A stretch of DNA of 63,702 nucleotides, filler included, from Reticulomyxa filosa (Eukaryota; Protista; Foraminifera): assembly GCA_000512085.1 (NCBI GenBank). It is 23 parts of 23 records of this genome, joined end to end, with 100 filler letters (N's around TTAATTAATTAA, not from the genome) between each part and the next. Parts side by side here need not be neighbours in the genome. Positions count along the whole stretch, not along the records: positions 37,383 to 39,163 come from ASPP01021140.1; positions 39,264 to 45,651 come from ASPP01002347.1; positions 45,752 to 49,166 come from ASPP01003796.1; positions 49,267 to 56,614 come from ASPP01007393.1; 19 more parts are not named here. One strand, given 5' to 3'. The position numbers and the translations under genes are program-made. Under the pieces are notes generated by a model that saw nothing but the letters and a program-made list of their open reading frames with translations, was not told where the DNA came from and made no database searches. Shown here in pieces: positions 38,801 to 53,999 of the stretch. Each line of letters starts with the position of its first letter. Position 1 is the first letter of the stretch.

Positions 38801-40559
38801 GTGTATCAATACAGACATGGATTATCGTATTGCAGACACAAAAAGGACTATTAAGACAATGCGATCAAATGTCCGAGATGGAAACGAAGCTTTAAGTCAC
38901 TGTCCACGAGCCAATTCCAAATATTCACTATAAAAATTTGTGTTTGCATGGCTGTAGATAATACATTGATGCAAGCGGCTGGAATACTATAATGTCATGT
39001 TATATTTAGATTTAATTTTTTACAAACACAGATAAAAAAAATTATTTACTTAACTAACTTGTGGCCTGTGGAGTCAAAGCTCCAATAAAAATATTTAAAA
39101 AATTAAATTTCAAAATATTTATTTTTCTCTTATCTTCTTTTTCTTTTTTTTTCTTATTTTCTCNNNNNNNNNNNNNNNNNNNNNNNNNNNNNNNNNNNNN
39201 NNNNNNNTTAATTAATTAANNNNNNNNNNNNNNNNNNNNNNNNNNNNNNNNNNNNNNNNNNNNGCAAAATATTTCTCACTTACCTCTTGATTGGACATTG
39301 GAGCATTGGTTCTTTTTCGTTTGCACTCTTTTCTTCGTTTGTATTGCCCTCCAAGCTCGCTTGTCTTTGTAGGTTGGTCGTTACGTGGGCAATTTCACTC
39401 GCATCTTCCTGTGCCTTGCACATTATCCACTCTCCAATTGGATTTCAGTTAATAACAACGAGGAACAAATCTGGAGCGCTTGAAGGTTTAAAGATCAAAA
39501 AAGGTACTTTTTCCAACTTCGGTTTTGTTCAGTAAATATTTCATAATATTTTTTGCGACAGTACTATTACAATTCTCTTTTAATATATAAAAATTACAAA
39601 TATTTAGTGAACAGTTTTCAAAAATAAAATTGGCATAACATCAACGAGATACAAAGACAAAGGACCTTTTTTACATGTTGGCATCAAGAAAAAAACGTAC
39701 GTAAGGATTACCAAGATTTTTGTTTTTTTACACATGAGAAGTAGAATACTCATTAGAAATCCTTATTCAGGCTGTGATGACACACAACTGCCTTCTCCCG
39801 CGGATGAAGTTGTCTCTGGCGACGAGAGTTCGTTGAAAGTGTCAATTCCGGAACTAATACACGGACAAACAGCAAAAGAAAATCCTGCCGGAAATGTTTC
39901 GTTTGTTTGTTTTTTTTCCAATTAAAGGAATATCTAAATCAATAAACTGGTCCAAAAAACAAAAACTTTGGATACGTTTGAAAAATATAAAAAAAGTTAT
40001 CAAATGCCGGAGTTGGTCAATACAACAATCCCACCACCCAGTTAAAAAAAATGAGCCCCACATAATGTGTTTTCCTTATATTAATTAGAGGGTGTTAAAA
40101 AAAAAAACCCAACAGCGACAGAAGTACCGACACATGTGGAAGTGATGATGCACGCAAACGAAGAGTACCCACTGGCAGACAACATTGAAGTGGAATTTAA
40201 ACTAGAGAAAAAGGAAGGGTACAATCAGAAGAGGAATACATTGGAATAGAACAAGAAGAATACAGCCAGTTGAATTGTTTGATTAACCACAACAGCAATG
40301 ACAATAATAATAATAATTATTATTATTATTATGGCTATTATAATAGCAATAAAAATTAGAACAATTTTTATCCGAATGGTTTGGAATTACAATCCACTCG
40401 CTCAAATTCGGCATTTGCAATTTGAGTACTAGCGAATATACAACACAAGGCACACATTAACTTGAATCAAAACGTTAGTACCAATGTGAATATCAAACAT
40501 GAGTACGACCGATTCAAGTGTCGACATATGGAATGTATGCAAAAATGTTGTGCTGTTGT

Positions 40560-43500
40560 AATTGTAAAAAAAACCAGTTTATATGCATTTCTAGCAGTTG
40601 GTCGGCGATGTTGCGTTTATATCTCTGAGCTCTGACTACGTACTCCGACGACAACTAAATATCAATGTCTGGGACAAAGCATCGTATGGCTTCAACCAAC
40701 ATATTACCTGCAGCTGCTCTTGCAACTTCTACATGAAAATGTAGTGACTTCCTTATATTTTTAATTCTCACAGTAATCCCCGTTATTACCAATGTAATGT
40801 TTTTGTATAATTGGATCACCGATGGCATACGTCGAAATCAGGAAGATTTGAATGAGATCATACGATTACAGACAGTCTTCAGTCGCGGTTGCATTTTTGA
40901 TCCTTCTTATTACCATTACCCTTTCAGTCACTATCGAAGGTTGTGTTGGGTGTATAAAAAATCGAGACTTTACTAGCATTTTCTGTAGCTTTTGGATAAT
41001 ATTTGTTATCTTTTTGCTATCGCTATCACTGTTGCTGCTGATATCTTTTTTTGTTTGTTTTGCAAACAATCATCGTGATGCGTTTTATATGCAGCGATAA
41101 AAAATATTCACACTAACAACGCAATTGCTTAACACATAAAAAAGTAACTGCGGAAGTAAAATTTTATTTTCTGAATTACGATACAAAAAATGATGGCAAA
41201 TTTCACAAATACAAAAAAAAATTAGTGCTAACCTTTTTCCGAAAAATCAAATTTTGAAAGAATAAAAAAATCAAACGAATTTAAAAATTACACTCGTGGG
41301 GATTTCTAAAAAAAAAACTGAACAAGGAAATGTATTTAAAAATTTATTTCTCCATTCTTGCAATCAAAAATTGAAAGTTTTAAAAGTTTTTTCTTCAGTT
41401 TTTGTGTTGTAAGATGGCCTTTGTGAAGGAAACTTTTAAAATCATTACTTCAAATTCTTCATAGTCACAAATCTACACTGCAGCCAGAACAAAACATTGC
41501 CCAATTTCAACATCATTTTAATTTATAGTCGTGGATTTTGTAGTACAAGTAGTTATCTTCGCCTGGCTCGATAAAAAAACATCGAAAGAGACCAAACAAG
41601 ACAACGAGATAGATAGAAGTTGGCCAGAAAAAAAAGACAAACTATTTCCACTAGTTCGAAGTCACAAATTCATACAACGCCACTCTTTCGTTGTATACCT
41701 TGATCTACAATAATTACTATCTTTGATTTTTAGTGTTGGAGGATTGACCGTTTGTCTTTTATTTCTTGTTGATTGACGCATAATAATATTTAAAAAAAAG
41801 CGAAAATTTTTATTTAAAGAGAAATGAATTATCTTTATTAGATGTCATTTTACATCGCACCTTTTTTCTTATCAATTCTAAAAATACTTCAATTTAGAAC
41901 TTGATGTTATCAAAGTGAACAAAAAGATAATTTTAAAAAAATTAGAATTTTTTTTGCAAGAACGGGGAAATGGTCTTTTTTTTGACAAGACTTGCTCCTT
42001 TCTGGTTGTGAATGATCTTTAGTGTTATTGTGAAGGAAAGTTTGCTTCTAAAAACAAATGTTCAGTATTCTAAAGCAAGAAAGAGACTGGAGTGAAGATG
42101 TATGGCGTCGATTGTGGTCGTACTTGAAAATACTATGTTCTGAGGTATTTTTTGCTATATATATATCTCATGATTCAATTCCATGTATCAACGGCTAATA
42201 CCAAGCTGCGCAAGGTCTCGAACAACAGACTCCTTGCAGCTGCATGTGCAATTTTAACTGAAATTGCATGACTTCAGCTCGTACATACCCGTGATAGCGG
42301 TTCTCGTGATCACCAACCCGTTGTTTTTTTTGGCTGTATGGGTAGAGGATGGTGTGATCAGAAATTAGTATTTGTATCTGGTGAAATATGGCATTCCTGT
42401 ACGTATAGCTACGCAACAGAGTGATGATGATCCTGCGCTACGTATCGTCGAACACATGGAGACGACGTCAGTGCAGAGCTGCTTGCCAAAAACTCCGAGA
42501 CAGATGTAGATGTTGCCATTTGGCACGACTTGGTCATGGTGGCTCGGAGCAGCATGGAGTGACTCCAAAACACCTGAGTCGGTTCTGCATCGAGATGGAC
42601 ATTCTTTCGATTCATTATAAGACTTTTGACACATGGGATTGCTGGGGAGTTGGTAAAAAGGTGGTAGATGTCAAAGCCGATTTCAACGTCAAAATTGACT
42701 AAAAAAAAACGTTGAAATGAAATTAGTCGAAGAAAACCTTTTTTACTTTCTTGTTCTTTTTCTGTGAGGCCATTGGATTGTCCATTTCTTTTTCTGAGTT
42801 TAGTAAGTCTGATAATTACACAGACAGACCTGGGCTGCTGGAACACAATCATTGAAATGCAAAAGATAACATCAAATTAAGCAAATATATTTCTAAACAT
42901 TATCAAAAAAATAATGGCAAATTTCACTACGAAGTGTCAACTTTTTCCAAGAATTTAAAAAGTAAGCGAAATCCAAATTTTGAAAAGTTTTCTAAAGAAA
43001 TAATAAAAGATTATGATAACATCCGAACGATATTTAAAAACTACACATACACTCCTAAAAAAAAAAATACTTGAATTACATGTTCGTTTTTTTTTATTCT
43101 ATTATGTTCCTCATCAATTTAAACAAAATTAAAAACTTGATTGCACAAACGGGAAGGGAGAGCTTACCAAGTTGCACAAACAAGACATACATTACTGCGT
43201 TTCTACTCTTGTCATGATGTACAATTCTTTATGATTGTGCAAGGCCATGTATTGTGAGAAGATATTTCATGTGGAGTCGAATTATAAAATAATAAAAATA
43301 TCCAAAGCTACAACTAGAATCTCGATCAAATACATATACTATGGTAACGTGGATTAGCGGCAATAGCCTCATCAAATACTCGTTGTTTGTGACATTGAAT
43401 ATAGTGTGATTATTGACATAGCTTTTCCTTGTAATCTTATGGACAGCAGATGCAATAGTGTTAAGTGTGGTCGAGATTGTCCTTGACATTGTATACAATC

Positions 43501-43915
43501 GCAAGCGTAAAACGACGGGCATTGTGTTTGTTATTAGCAGTTGGACAGTCGCCTTCTTGGAAGGAATAGTCAGTTTTGTCGTCGTAGTGTATCTAGCCTT
43601 TGAAAGCGTACTCCAACAGCAGACAAATACCATTGTATGGGACAAAAGCTGCGCAAGGTTTCAAACAGCATACTCCTTGCAGCTGCACGTGCAATTTCTA
43701 CTTGAGATTACAATACTTCAACTTGTATTTGATTGTGGCAACGATTCTCATTGTCACTAACTTGTCGTTTTTGATTGAATGGTGGCTGATTATGTGATCA
43801 AAAATTAATATATTTATATTTGATAAAATATAATATTCCTGTACGTATAATTGCACAACAGAGGGACGACGACCCTGCACCAAGTATCGTAGAACACATG
43901 GATTATGTGCATAGA
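40560..43915 (-). pseudogene. Three tandem decayed paralogs (~40560-41010, ~41990-42480, ~43260-43915), possibly GT-A glycosyltransferase-like
   Basis: Shared core CCTTGCAGCTGC..TGCAA; conserved frame EVARAAAGNML.E / KIAHAAARSLLFE / EIARAAARSMLFE; shared upstream GATGGCAAATTTCAC..TTTAAAAA.TACAC. Confidence 0.55.
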
Positions 43916-46900
43916 GATAACTCGAATGCATAACTAAAATGCAAGGAGCTCGACACCACTATCGTCGATTATATCTCTACTAGGACCACTTCGACTCTAC
44001 ATGTCATCATCTCGCAACCAATCGAGCCAGTATTCGTCGCGGCGCGACAACATCAAGGCCAAGCACGGGACCGATATCGTCAATCTCAGTAATTGGAATG
44101 ATGTCACTCGAAGGACCCGTTTTGTTTTTGTCTTCTTTCTTTGTGGGATCACTCAATTACGATTGACTTTATTTTTTTTTGTTCAGTTTTATCTATTAAT
44201 TACAAACAGTCCAGCGTTGCAATCCTATATTTGGACTTTATTTTCTCTTTGCCACTTTCAGTCGATACATGGAGTTCAAAAATATGCCACTGCTACTTCA
44301 ATTTGTCATCACGCTGTTGCCTATTCATGTAATCTTTTTTGGCTGTCATCGTTGCTTTCATTTCAATGTATACGTTACTGGATATATGTGCAACACTTCG
44401 ATTTGCCTTTGTTTTTTCTTCTTCTTCTTCTGGTTTCACAATCTGTAAAAGTAATCTTTTTGTTACTTTTTTTGCAACTAACGATTGCAATCATATGCGC
44501 ATGCACACAAGAAGCTCCATCCATCTTGACAGAGTCTAAGTGTAAATAGTGTTTTATCACATACACAATGCCTCGAACCATTATATCTTTCCACATGACC
44601 AGGCAAAACTCGATTCTTCAGGAGGAGGTAGTGTATTTATGTAATAAGAAATTGGTTGATTTGATCGGCATTTGCTCATTAGGCAAGGCCGCAATATTTA
44701 ATTCAATCCAACATTTTTGTACTTGCTCTTCTCCTTTTTTTTTCATTTGTGGTTCCATTGCCTAGTTCACTATCATCTCCACTTGCAGCCTTATCATATT
44801 ACCTGAGATAGAAACAAAAAACAAAAATAAATTAATTGAAATAATTTGAAAGAAAGACAAAAATAAATGTTTTTTAACTTCAATTACTTTGACCAAATTT
44901 TGCTATGATCAATTTTGAAAACACACGAACAAACAAACAAAATATTTATTAAAAAAGTGGTTTGGATAAATTAATAAAAAAAGACAAAACAGTTTCAGTT
45001 TCACTTTAATGAAATACTCTAATCATTTCATATCAATCTTGCTTGGACGACGATAACCAGTTTTTTTTATATTGAGAAAACAAAACGAATTGCAATAATC
45101 CACAATTTGAATATTCTCCATCAAACTGGCACCCAAGTCATACACAATTTGCATCTCTGATGTGTGTGGCATTGGAAATCACATACAACATAGTTGCAAA
45201 TAAATATAACATGCAACCACGGGTGCTTGGGTAAATGATGCAAATCATAACTGGAGTGAATGTATAGTATTCGAGCCGAATGTTATTTGTTGTGATTACA
45301 GAACACACAACACTCCATTTTCACTTGTGCTTCGTTTACGTGCATGTCATTTATAATCTCCCAGTGATATATTGTGTCGATCTTTTTTTATCCACTTTCT
45401 CTATATGGACGTGGACACGCCTTGCTTCTTGCACTGGTACATTGTCATCGTCGTCGTCCCTCTTACACACGATCCATTGCTACTTGTCATATTGTTTGAA
45501 GTGATCGATACGTTCCTAAAATTATTGGTCCACATTTTCGTATTTACTCTTTCTTCTCTTTTTTTTCTTTTTCTTTCATTAATCTCCTTTTACTCTTCCT
45601 CTCACTCCAAACCAAAACTAAAGTACTTCACAATGAAGGGACATATGTTTGNNNNNNNNNNNNNNNNNNNNNNNNNNNNNNNNNNNNNNNNNNNNTTAAT
45701 TAATTAANNNNNNNNNNNNNNNNNNNNNNNNNNNNNNNNNNNNNNNNNNNNAATGAACAAATGAGACCCACAATAAATTAAGATATTTCAAACAATGTAA
45801 AAAGATGTACGCATACAAAAAAATTATTAATCACCTATAGCATGTATATGCATATAAGGCCACAGCTAATAAAAAAAGTGCCAGAAAGGAGCAAAGTGGC
45901 TATAAGAGACAGTGGCGTGGTCCCAGTGCCACCAAAGTAGAGTAAGACGATCCAGGCATAATACATTACAAAAACCTGTTATTGCATATTTCCATTGCTA
46001 TTGCTATTGGTGATGTTTATGACCATGCTGGCCTTTCCATCGACTCACATACACAAAGGGCATGGTCGTACAAACATTGGATCTATTTGAATGCGATCAT
46101 TTTCGGAGTACATTGCTGCTTTCTTGTTTCACCTCGGGCGATGACATGGACGAGGAACTTGGCCTGGTACAGATAGTGCCTGTGATCAGTCCTCTCCATA
46201 ATGCTTTGAAGCTGCTGCTGCTGCTGGCGACGACAACACACACACACATGTGTAGTCCACAAAGCCAGTTGTTTCTGCCAATCAACATACATGTCCCTTC
46301 AAGTTGTCCAACAGCTTTGTCACGTCTTCGCGCAACATGGGGTGTCAATTACATTTACGACGCAACCTGCGAAAAAGCGCTATTTGGATAACGTCGTTGT
46401 CATGGGTCGAGGATCAATATCAGCTGCTTCAAGTGCTTGTCGTCGTTGTTTGGTGGTCATCATTTTTGTTGTTTATATATCATTTTCAAAATGACATTCG
46501 TATGTCTTCCGATTTGACGTCCGCCACAAACGCATTGCACATGCGTACATGCACCATTTGATTGTATTGATAAAAAATAAATAATAATAGAAATAGAAAT
46601 GATGCTATTTGGTCGTGGGAAAACTGATTTGTACAACCAAAGGGTTGGAAATAAACAATTGACAAAAATAACGAGAAAGCACAGGGAGCAAGGCCAAAGA
46701 GCTGGCTCAAACAGTTCACCCAACAATTTCAGCACAGCTTTCATCGTCTGTGCAACATTTCTCAAGCTATCCACATATTGCTGTATAGACGAAAACGATC
46801 TCATCCTTTCATTAGAGTTTTTAATTAATAATAGTAATAACAAAGAACAAATGCAAGGGGTAGAAGTGTCGTTTCCATATTTTTGCTTCGGTTCCAGTGC

Positions 46901-48360
46901 GCTTCCTTTCATCCAATCTCATATTCGTCGCATTTGCTAGCCACACATTTCCTTAGGTCTTTGCACATTTTTTTTGAGGACACTGGGATCGAGAGCAACT
47001 GTTGCTTTATTTTCTTACCCACATTCATCATGATCAAGAGAATGACCTTTTTTTTTTTTCAACGTCAAAGTTTATCGAATTTAAATTGTGCCATATCTTT
47101 TGTTTTTTTTTTTCAACGAGAGAAAAAATTCAAGTTTATTACTTTGGCTTTGTCTTGTTTTTTATCGTACAAAAAGCATTTGGCGTCATCAGATAAAGTA
47201 CAGAAAAGATTTTTGTTCTTTGAGCGAGATACTACTTATCATCGACAAACGTATGTCTGTCTGGATTTGAAGATAAGCAAAATAAAAGAAACAAAAAATT
47301 TTATATGATAAAATTTTCTTATTTTTCTTCACTAATTTGTTGGGGGTGAGATTTTCCATTTCTGTTGTGGCAACTTGCTTCTTGTTCCTTGTCGCTTTCA
47401 TTGGGAGCCATATTTGTCTCTTCTTTTTTATTTTCATTTTCCTTTTCTTATCTGGGAAAAAATAAATATTATCATAGTCACTCTGCTCTTCCCATTCTTT
47501 TGGCGTTGGTCTTGGTTTCAGGTTTTTTCAATCCTCGTTGTTGTTCACATCTAATTCTTTTTTGTCGCTGTCATCTTCGTCCATGAATTTTTCTTTTGTT
47601 CCTATTTTTTTTTAAGAATGGAAAGACACAATATTGAATTGTGAATATATTATATGTAAATACCAACAAAAAAGAACTTTATGCTTCTTCGGCCAATAAA
47701 TGGGACCACAATGTATTCAATGTTTCTTTTTCGGCCAAAAAAGACACAATTCTTTTGATTGAATACTAGACTGTCTTCGGGTTCACTGGAAACCAAAATT
47801 TAATTTCTCATTCAACTTCTGCCTCGTGAAGTGGCATCGAAACTTAGGTCTTCTCTCGTTATTTGTACTTCCAAGTCTTTGTTAGCCTTTTTTTCATACA
47901 TTCTCTGTTCCTATCCTTTTTATGAAGAATTTTTTTTCAGGGGAAACCGGGTTAGGGCAAAAATGTAGAATTCCACGATTTACGATTTTTTTTGTGTTGA
48001 AATTATGCAATTTTATCTTTTTTTCACACTACGATATATTTTTTTATAATTACAGCATTTAGTTTTGTTGATCAACAGCCTCTTCCTTACTAGAAAAAAA
48101 GACTTTGCTGCTAAAAAAAATTTAATTATTTTTAAATGATTAAAACTTAAGCTTTTCAATAAAGTATTAATAATGACAAACATCGTGATTTTTATTTTAA
48201 AAAACTCTAGTTTTGAAAAAAAGAAACGATTATTATTTTAAAAGCTCCATTTGAAATTTCTTAGATTGTTGAAGAAAAGAGATGGTTGATGGCTGACCAT
48301 GTTCCTTTATCCACATAAAAAAACACGATCACATCAAAATTTGGAACAAGTGATTTTTTT

Positions 48361-48698
48361 ATGAATTCAACACAAAAAAATTGGTGGACGAAGTGATTGT
48401 ATCAGCACCCGTTGCAGTGTTTACAAAAGTGTATTGCTCATATTGCGCTCATGTAAAAAGTTTATTACAAACAGAAACAGATCTTCGAATTTTTAAATTG
48501 GACAAATACTTGTCTTCATCCGCTGTTTCTGAAGTGCAGGACTATTTGAAGGATTTAATAGGCCAACGAACTGTTCCACGAGCGTTCATTGGCAAGTCTT
48601 TCATCGGGGGATGCGATGACACATACAAACTTAAGGATGGTAATAAGTTGACAATACTGATTGACCAGTTGAGATTTTATTTTTTGTTGGAAAGATAA
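48361..48698 (+). CDS. Dithiol glutaredoxin (CSYC); start frameshifted in an A-run
   Basis: VAVFTKVYCSYC..QDYLKDLIGQRTVPRAFIGKSFIGGCDD; ATG at 48361 is out of frame across an A7 homopolymer. Confidence 0.88.
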
Positions 48699-50621
48699 CA
48701 TATAAATGTCAGATTTTTTTATTGGTATGTATTTAAAAATAGAGCAAAAAAAGACTTTATTGCAAAAAGCAAGACCGATAGCGGACTAGTCTTGGAAAAA
48801 AAAATACATTATCAGATCAAGAATGTGAGATTTGATGTCTTTTTGTTGTTTGGATTTTTTTGGTCTAATAATTTTTTTGGGTAATCATTACGACCTTTAT
48901 TCTCATTGATCCTAACTGCTTTTTGTAGCTTATAGCTAAAAACAATTAAGCTAATGAGGCAATTACTAGAATCGAGCAATTAGTCCAATTTTGTTTGTGA
49001 TTTTTCCTTTTAGCTTTGGAAAAAAGGTGGAGGACTATCCCAAACTTCGCTAACTTCATTATTTTCAATTTGTGCAAGTATATTCACAAAAAACAGCTTT
49101 TTAAAAAAAAAAAAAAAAAATGATTATTACTTTTGATTCTGAAATCATTTTCTAAAACTTATTTTGNNNNNNNNNNNNNNNNNNNNNNNNNNNNNNNNNN
49201 NNNNNNNNNNTTAATTAATTAANNNNNNNNNNNNNNNNNNNNNNNNNNNNNNNNNNNNNNNNNNNNTTTTTTTTGGAGAGAGCTAAGAAAAAAAAAAAAA
49301 GAAGAGAGACTAACATCGATTGTTCACAAGAAGTCCTTTTTCAAAGTGAATGTATCCTTTGTCGTCAATTTGATCTTTCGGCACGATACACACAAACACA
49401 AGTTACAAGCAACGCAAATCAAACACATGTTTCAATTGAACTCATTCAGTGTTTCATTTTCTATTTTCTCCTTTTTTAAATTTTTTTTTTTTTTTTAAAT
49501 GAATGACCCTTTGATAATATAAATGTACTTTTTTAAAAAAAACACAAAAAAAAAAAAAAAAAAAAAAGGGGGCCAACACACACATTGGGGAATTTTTCCC
49601 AAGTTCCATTTTTCAACAATGTATTCTTGTGTGATTTTAAGCGTTGGCTTTTCTTTCTCTGTGTTATTCATTACGCTGGGGCGTACTTGTGTCGATGGCT
49701 GAGACGAAAAATTGTTTTGCAACTTTCGTCCATTTCCATAATCCGGATTGTTTGTCATCGTCGCTGTTGTGGCTGTGGTTGTTGTTGTCGTGGTGGTGGT
49801 CATGACTTGGCCCAAATTGTCGTGCTCATGGTGTCCAAAGTTTGACGTTTTACTTTCGTTTACCATCTGGTCGTTCTCTGTCGTCTTCCTCGGTGCTACA
49901 TTTTTTTCTTGTGAGGACACATTTCGTTGAAACAGTGAAAAACGCCATTTACTTCCTCTATTTTGGGTTCGAGGGTCTGTGGCCATACCCAAGTTGTAAT
50001 TGTTTTTAATTTATTATTATTATTATTTTTTCTTCCTCTCCCTTTGTGAAACTCTTTTAAAACAGTTGTTTTCAGTGTGTGTGCTGGCCATTACTAAATT
50101 ATTAAAAGATGATAAAATAGATATTTTTCAATTGCTACAGCAAGAAAAGTACACATATTGATGTCAAATAATTAAAAAAAAAGTAATTTTTGTAAAACAC
50201 TATAATCAATTTCTTGTTATTATATTCGTGATTGTAATACGGACTTGCAGTGAGATATTAATTGTATAGATTGGCTTAGGATAAAACAGAACCTTTAAGT
50301 GAGGATAATGATTGGATAAGTTTGGAAAATTGAGTTAAAAAAATAAACAAAGTTTTTAAATTCAGAAAAAGAAATATTTTGGGTCATTTATGGCTAAGTT
50401 ATAGATATAGGTGATGTCCCACGTGGATAACGATAATAAATTTAGTATAATATCTAATCCGAATTTTTAAAAGTAGAAAACATGTCCACCCAACTCGCAT
50501 TGTTTGTTTAGGACCAAAAAACAGTTTCTGGCGTTTGACAGAAGACCAAAGAGGGCAGTAGGTTTTTTTTTTTTTTACGTCTTGGGTTTTTTTTGCTGTT
50601 GAAAGATAAAGGTCTTCACGT

Positions 50622-53377
50622 ATGTTGTACGCACTTTTGGCAGCGGTAGCCTTTGGAGTTACTCATTTTGCAAATGGTCAATGTGATTATTCCAATTCTG
50701 GCGATTGTCTCGCACGGTTGAGTTTACACGTAGAATATTGCCATAAAATCGCAGTTATTTAAGTTGTATTTTTTAAATTGCTACAGGAGTTACTGCGCGT
50801 GGTACGTAGACAGCCAATCGAGTTGTGGAAATTGTGAATGTTAAGTAAAAGAAAGTCTGAATATAAAATGACCCACTTTTTAAAACAAATGTACCAAAAA
50901 AACAGTTCATGAAAATTGCGAAGAGGATGCTATGTATGACTGTCACCTAAAATGCAATGCTGATGACGGTATCTAGTGTATATGCATGCTCCACAAATGT
51001 TTTGTGTTTTGGCGAGATAATTAACCAAGTTGCAAACAAACCAAAAAAAAATGAACACAGTACCAGTATGGAGTAGAGATAGCTGCTCGTTCCAGAACAA
51101 CAACTTAACTTGTGCCGCGTCAATGTGTAATGATACACTACAGGCATGTGCAAAAAATGCCAAATGTCTTGAACTTGCTAACGCGACAACTACTTACGAG
51201 AATTATTATGCTGGGCAAGCAGGCTGTAGCAATTGGGATGAAAAATGCAAAAATGAACACAAAGTGTTTTTGAAAGCGTTTAGTTTTGCAAAGATAAAAA
51301 ATATTTATGTACATAACCTTTTTTTTTAATTATTAAAATTTCATTGTTGTTTTGAACATGATATAACAGATTGAATGATTCATTGCCACAATATTGCTGG
51401 GGCCAAAATAATACTGTTGCGTGTTCCTTGTACGAAAGTGCAGTGTCTTGTGTGGCCAGCAACTGCTCGACCGAATGTAATGATTGTGGCCTCCAATGCC
51501 AGACCTATTTAGTATCGTGCATGTTTGACGCCAACTGTAGTGTAGCTTTGAACTGGCTTTTAACCGAAATTGATACGTTTTCAAACTCAACCGACCCCTT
51601 CTTTCCTTATGAGTTGGAAGCCGATGTTACGTATACTTTTTTTTTTTGGCTTTTTTTTTAGTAGGTCGGTTGTATTTTATTTTTTTGTTTATGCCCCCTC
51701 TAGAAAAATGAATACTGTAATGCCACTGAGACGTCCAAATATTGCAATAGCAAATTTGATACGCTGTGGAATTGCTTATCAAGCAATTGTTTACACCAAC
51801 GATGTTTGTACACGACTTGTAACGCACAAGCACAAAATTGCTATGGAGACCAAGAGTGCCAGTTATGTTCTCTTTTTTTTTTTTTGTTTTGCTTTCTCGC
51901 TTCTTTGGAATGTGTTGCAATTTGTTGCAAAAGCGACTTTGTTGGTTGAATTGTTTACAGGGACGAACTTTTCGCCTTAATTGCCAAGTATCCCGCTTTG
52001 ACAGATTTAACTCCTGGTCTTTTCCAAACTCTTGCCGATTACTATTGTACAACCGATAAGAATCTTAGCTGTAGCAATGCCAATTTCACAGCCTTGTTGA
52101 ACTGCTATGGTACAAAGTGCTGTTGGGATACAGATGTTTGCAAGGAAAGCAATGGCTTAAAAGATTGGTTTGTTGAAAAAAAAAGTTTTTCTTTTTATTG
52201 AAGTTTTTGGACATGTGATCCAAAAATTAGCGATTAAAAAAAAAAAAATAGCGATCACCCAGATTGTTTGAAAGAGGCTTGTGTGGAAGTTCATTGCCTT
52301 CCAGCTGTTCAAGATTGTATGAAAGATACCGGCTGTAGTGATGCTCTCGTTGCTCAAGGACAATGGGACCACTTCTGCGACCAATGCATAAGTGATGGCA
52401 ACAGTGCCGACTATTGCACCAGTCATGGTCCTATCAATTGCTCTGCGATGGACAATTCCAGTGCGATATTGTACATGCAACAATACTGTTGGGAACATAC
52501 ATGCTCAGCCAGATTGACAAATGTAGTACAATGTTCATTACTTGGCTGTGTTGATTGCAATCTAACCAAGAGCTTGAACCAATTGGCTTCAACCGATTTG
52601 CCCGTAACGACTAGCATATTGGAGAAACTTGATTTTAATCCATGCGAGTGTACGCTATACACATGTTGGAATGCCTTGAGCCAGTGCTTTTTGGATCAAA
52701 CCTGTTGGGATTTGTTCTTTTCAGACAAGGAAGGTTACGGATTTAAGTACATAATTGAGAGCATTATTGGTGATTTAAATAATACTGTTACCATTATGCC
52801 TTCTTACGTTGATTCCCAAATCCGAAATGGCTATTGCAGTAACAAAGATTGTAACGACAATTTCTGGAATGTTTTGTCATGTATGCTGAGTCCAATTTAT
52901 CTTGGGGATGACTATTACCCAGGATGTGCGAACAAAGATTACTTCCAAAATAAAATTGTCGGATGTGGTATCGGGGAAATGTTCTACACTGAAATGTATC
53001 CGGAGTGCGTGACAAAAAAATGTTTTGGTTTTGTGAATGATTGTGGTGCTGATTTCAGCTCTCCATGCTATAAGACCTTGTCTGCCGCTATCACGCACGA
53101 CGAGTGGAATAATTGTGTTTTATGCAATAACTGTAGCAATTGTTATGATGACAGTGATACGTTCAAGACTAATTATCTGAAGAGATGCGCTAACGATGGC
53201 TCAAATTGCACGCTTGATTATGACAATTTGGCTAATTGCGTGTATCAAGAATGTACTGGTGGAAAAGATACTTTACCAGGCAGCAAGAGTACAGTCTGTA
53301 ACACGAGTAGTGCAAGTATGCACAGCGGAGTGATTGTGCTAATATTTTCAGTGTTGTTGGTGTTTTTGTCTTTATAA
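50622..53377 (+). CDS. Cysteine-rich secreted, probably GPI-anchored surface protein, multi-exon
   Basis: Signal peptide MLYALLAAVAFGVTHFANG; repeated CxxxC-x6-C-x5-C modules; many NxS/T sites; C-terminal SSAS + hydrophobic tail VIVLIFSVLLVFLSL. Confidence 0.85.
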
Positions 53378-53999
53378 AGGTGCTATATAATATTTCACTT
53401 GAAATTTTTTTGGTTAAAATTTGATGAATAATGTGAAATTTACAAAAGCTGACGCTTTTGACTCTTTTGTTGATATTGCGTTTTTATCTTATGTCTGCAG
53501 ACCACTAAAAGACATTAGAATAACATATTTGATGATAATGTTTTCCTTGGACGCCAGGACTTGTACAATGTAAAAAAAAGTCTCTATTAGTGTGCACATT
53601 TTTTTTAGATACGGTCAAGTGTTCTACTTTGGGATTGCTCTTCTGCTATGACTTATGTCGAGATGCAAATGAAATAGATATTTACCCGCACAGTTTCGAA
53701 ACTTATCAATTACAAAAAACACAAGTAATTTGTTATGGATAATCGTGGATAACACATAGTCCTTGTAATGTGCAAACTGTAATTTCGTTTTTGAAAAATT
53801 GTTGACTGTATTGTTCACAATGTTTCTTAACAAAAAACAATATGTCACAATAAGTTGTGATGGACAAGGCATATGATGTTGATCAACACCACCAAATAAA
53901 TGCCAAGTAAACAAGTAAAACTTAATAAAAAAAATAACGATTTTACTATTTTTTTCTCAATCCATGATATCTGCGCCCAACTGGTGCCTGGTTCAATTC

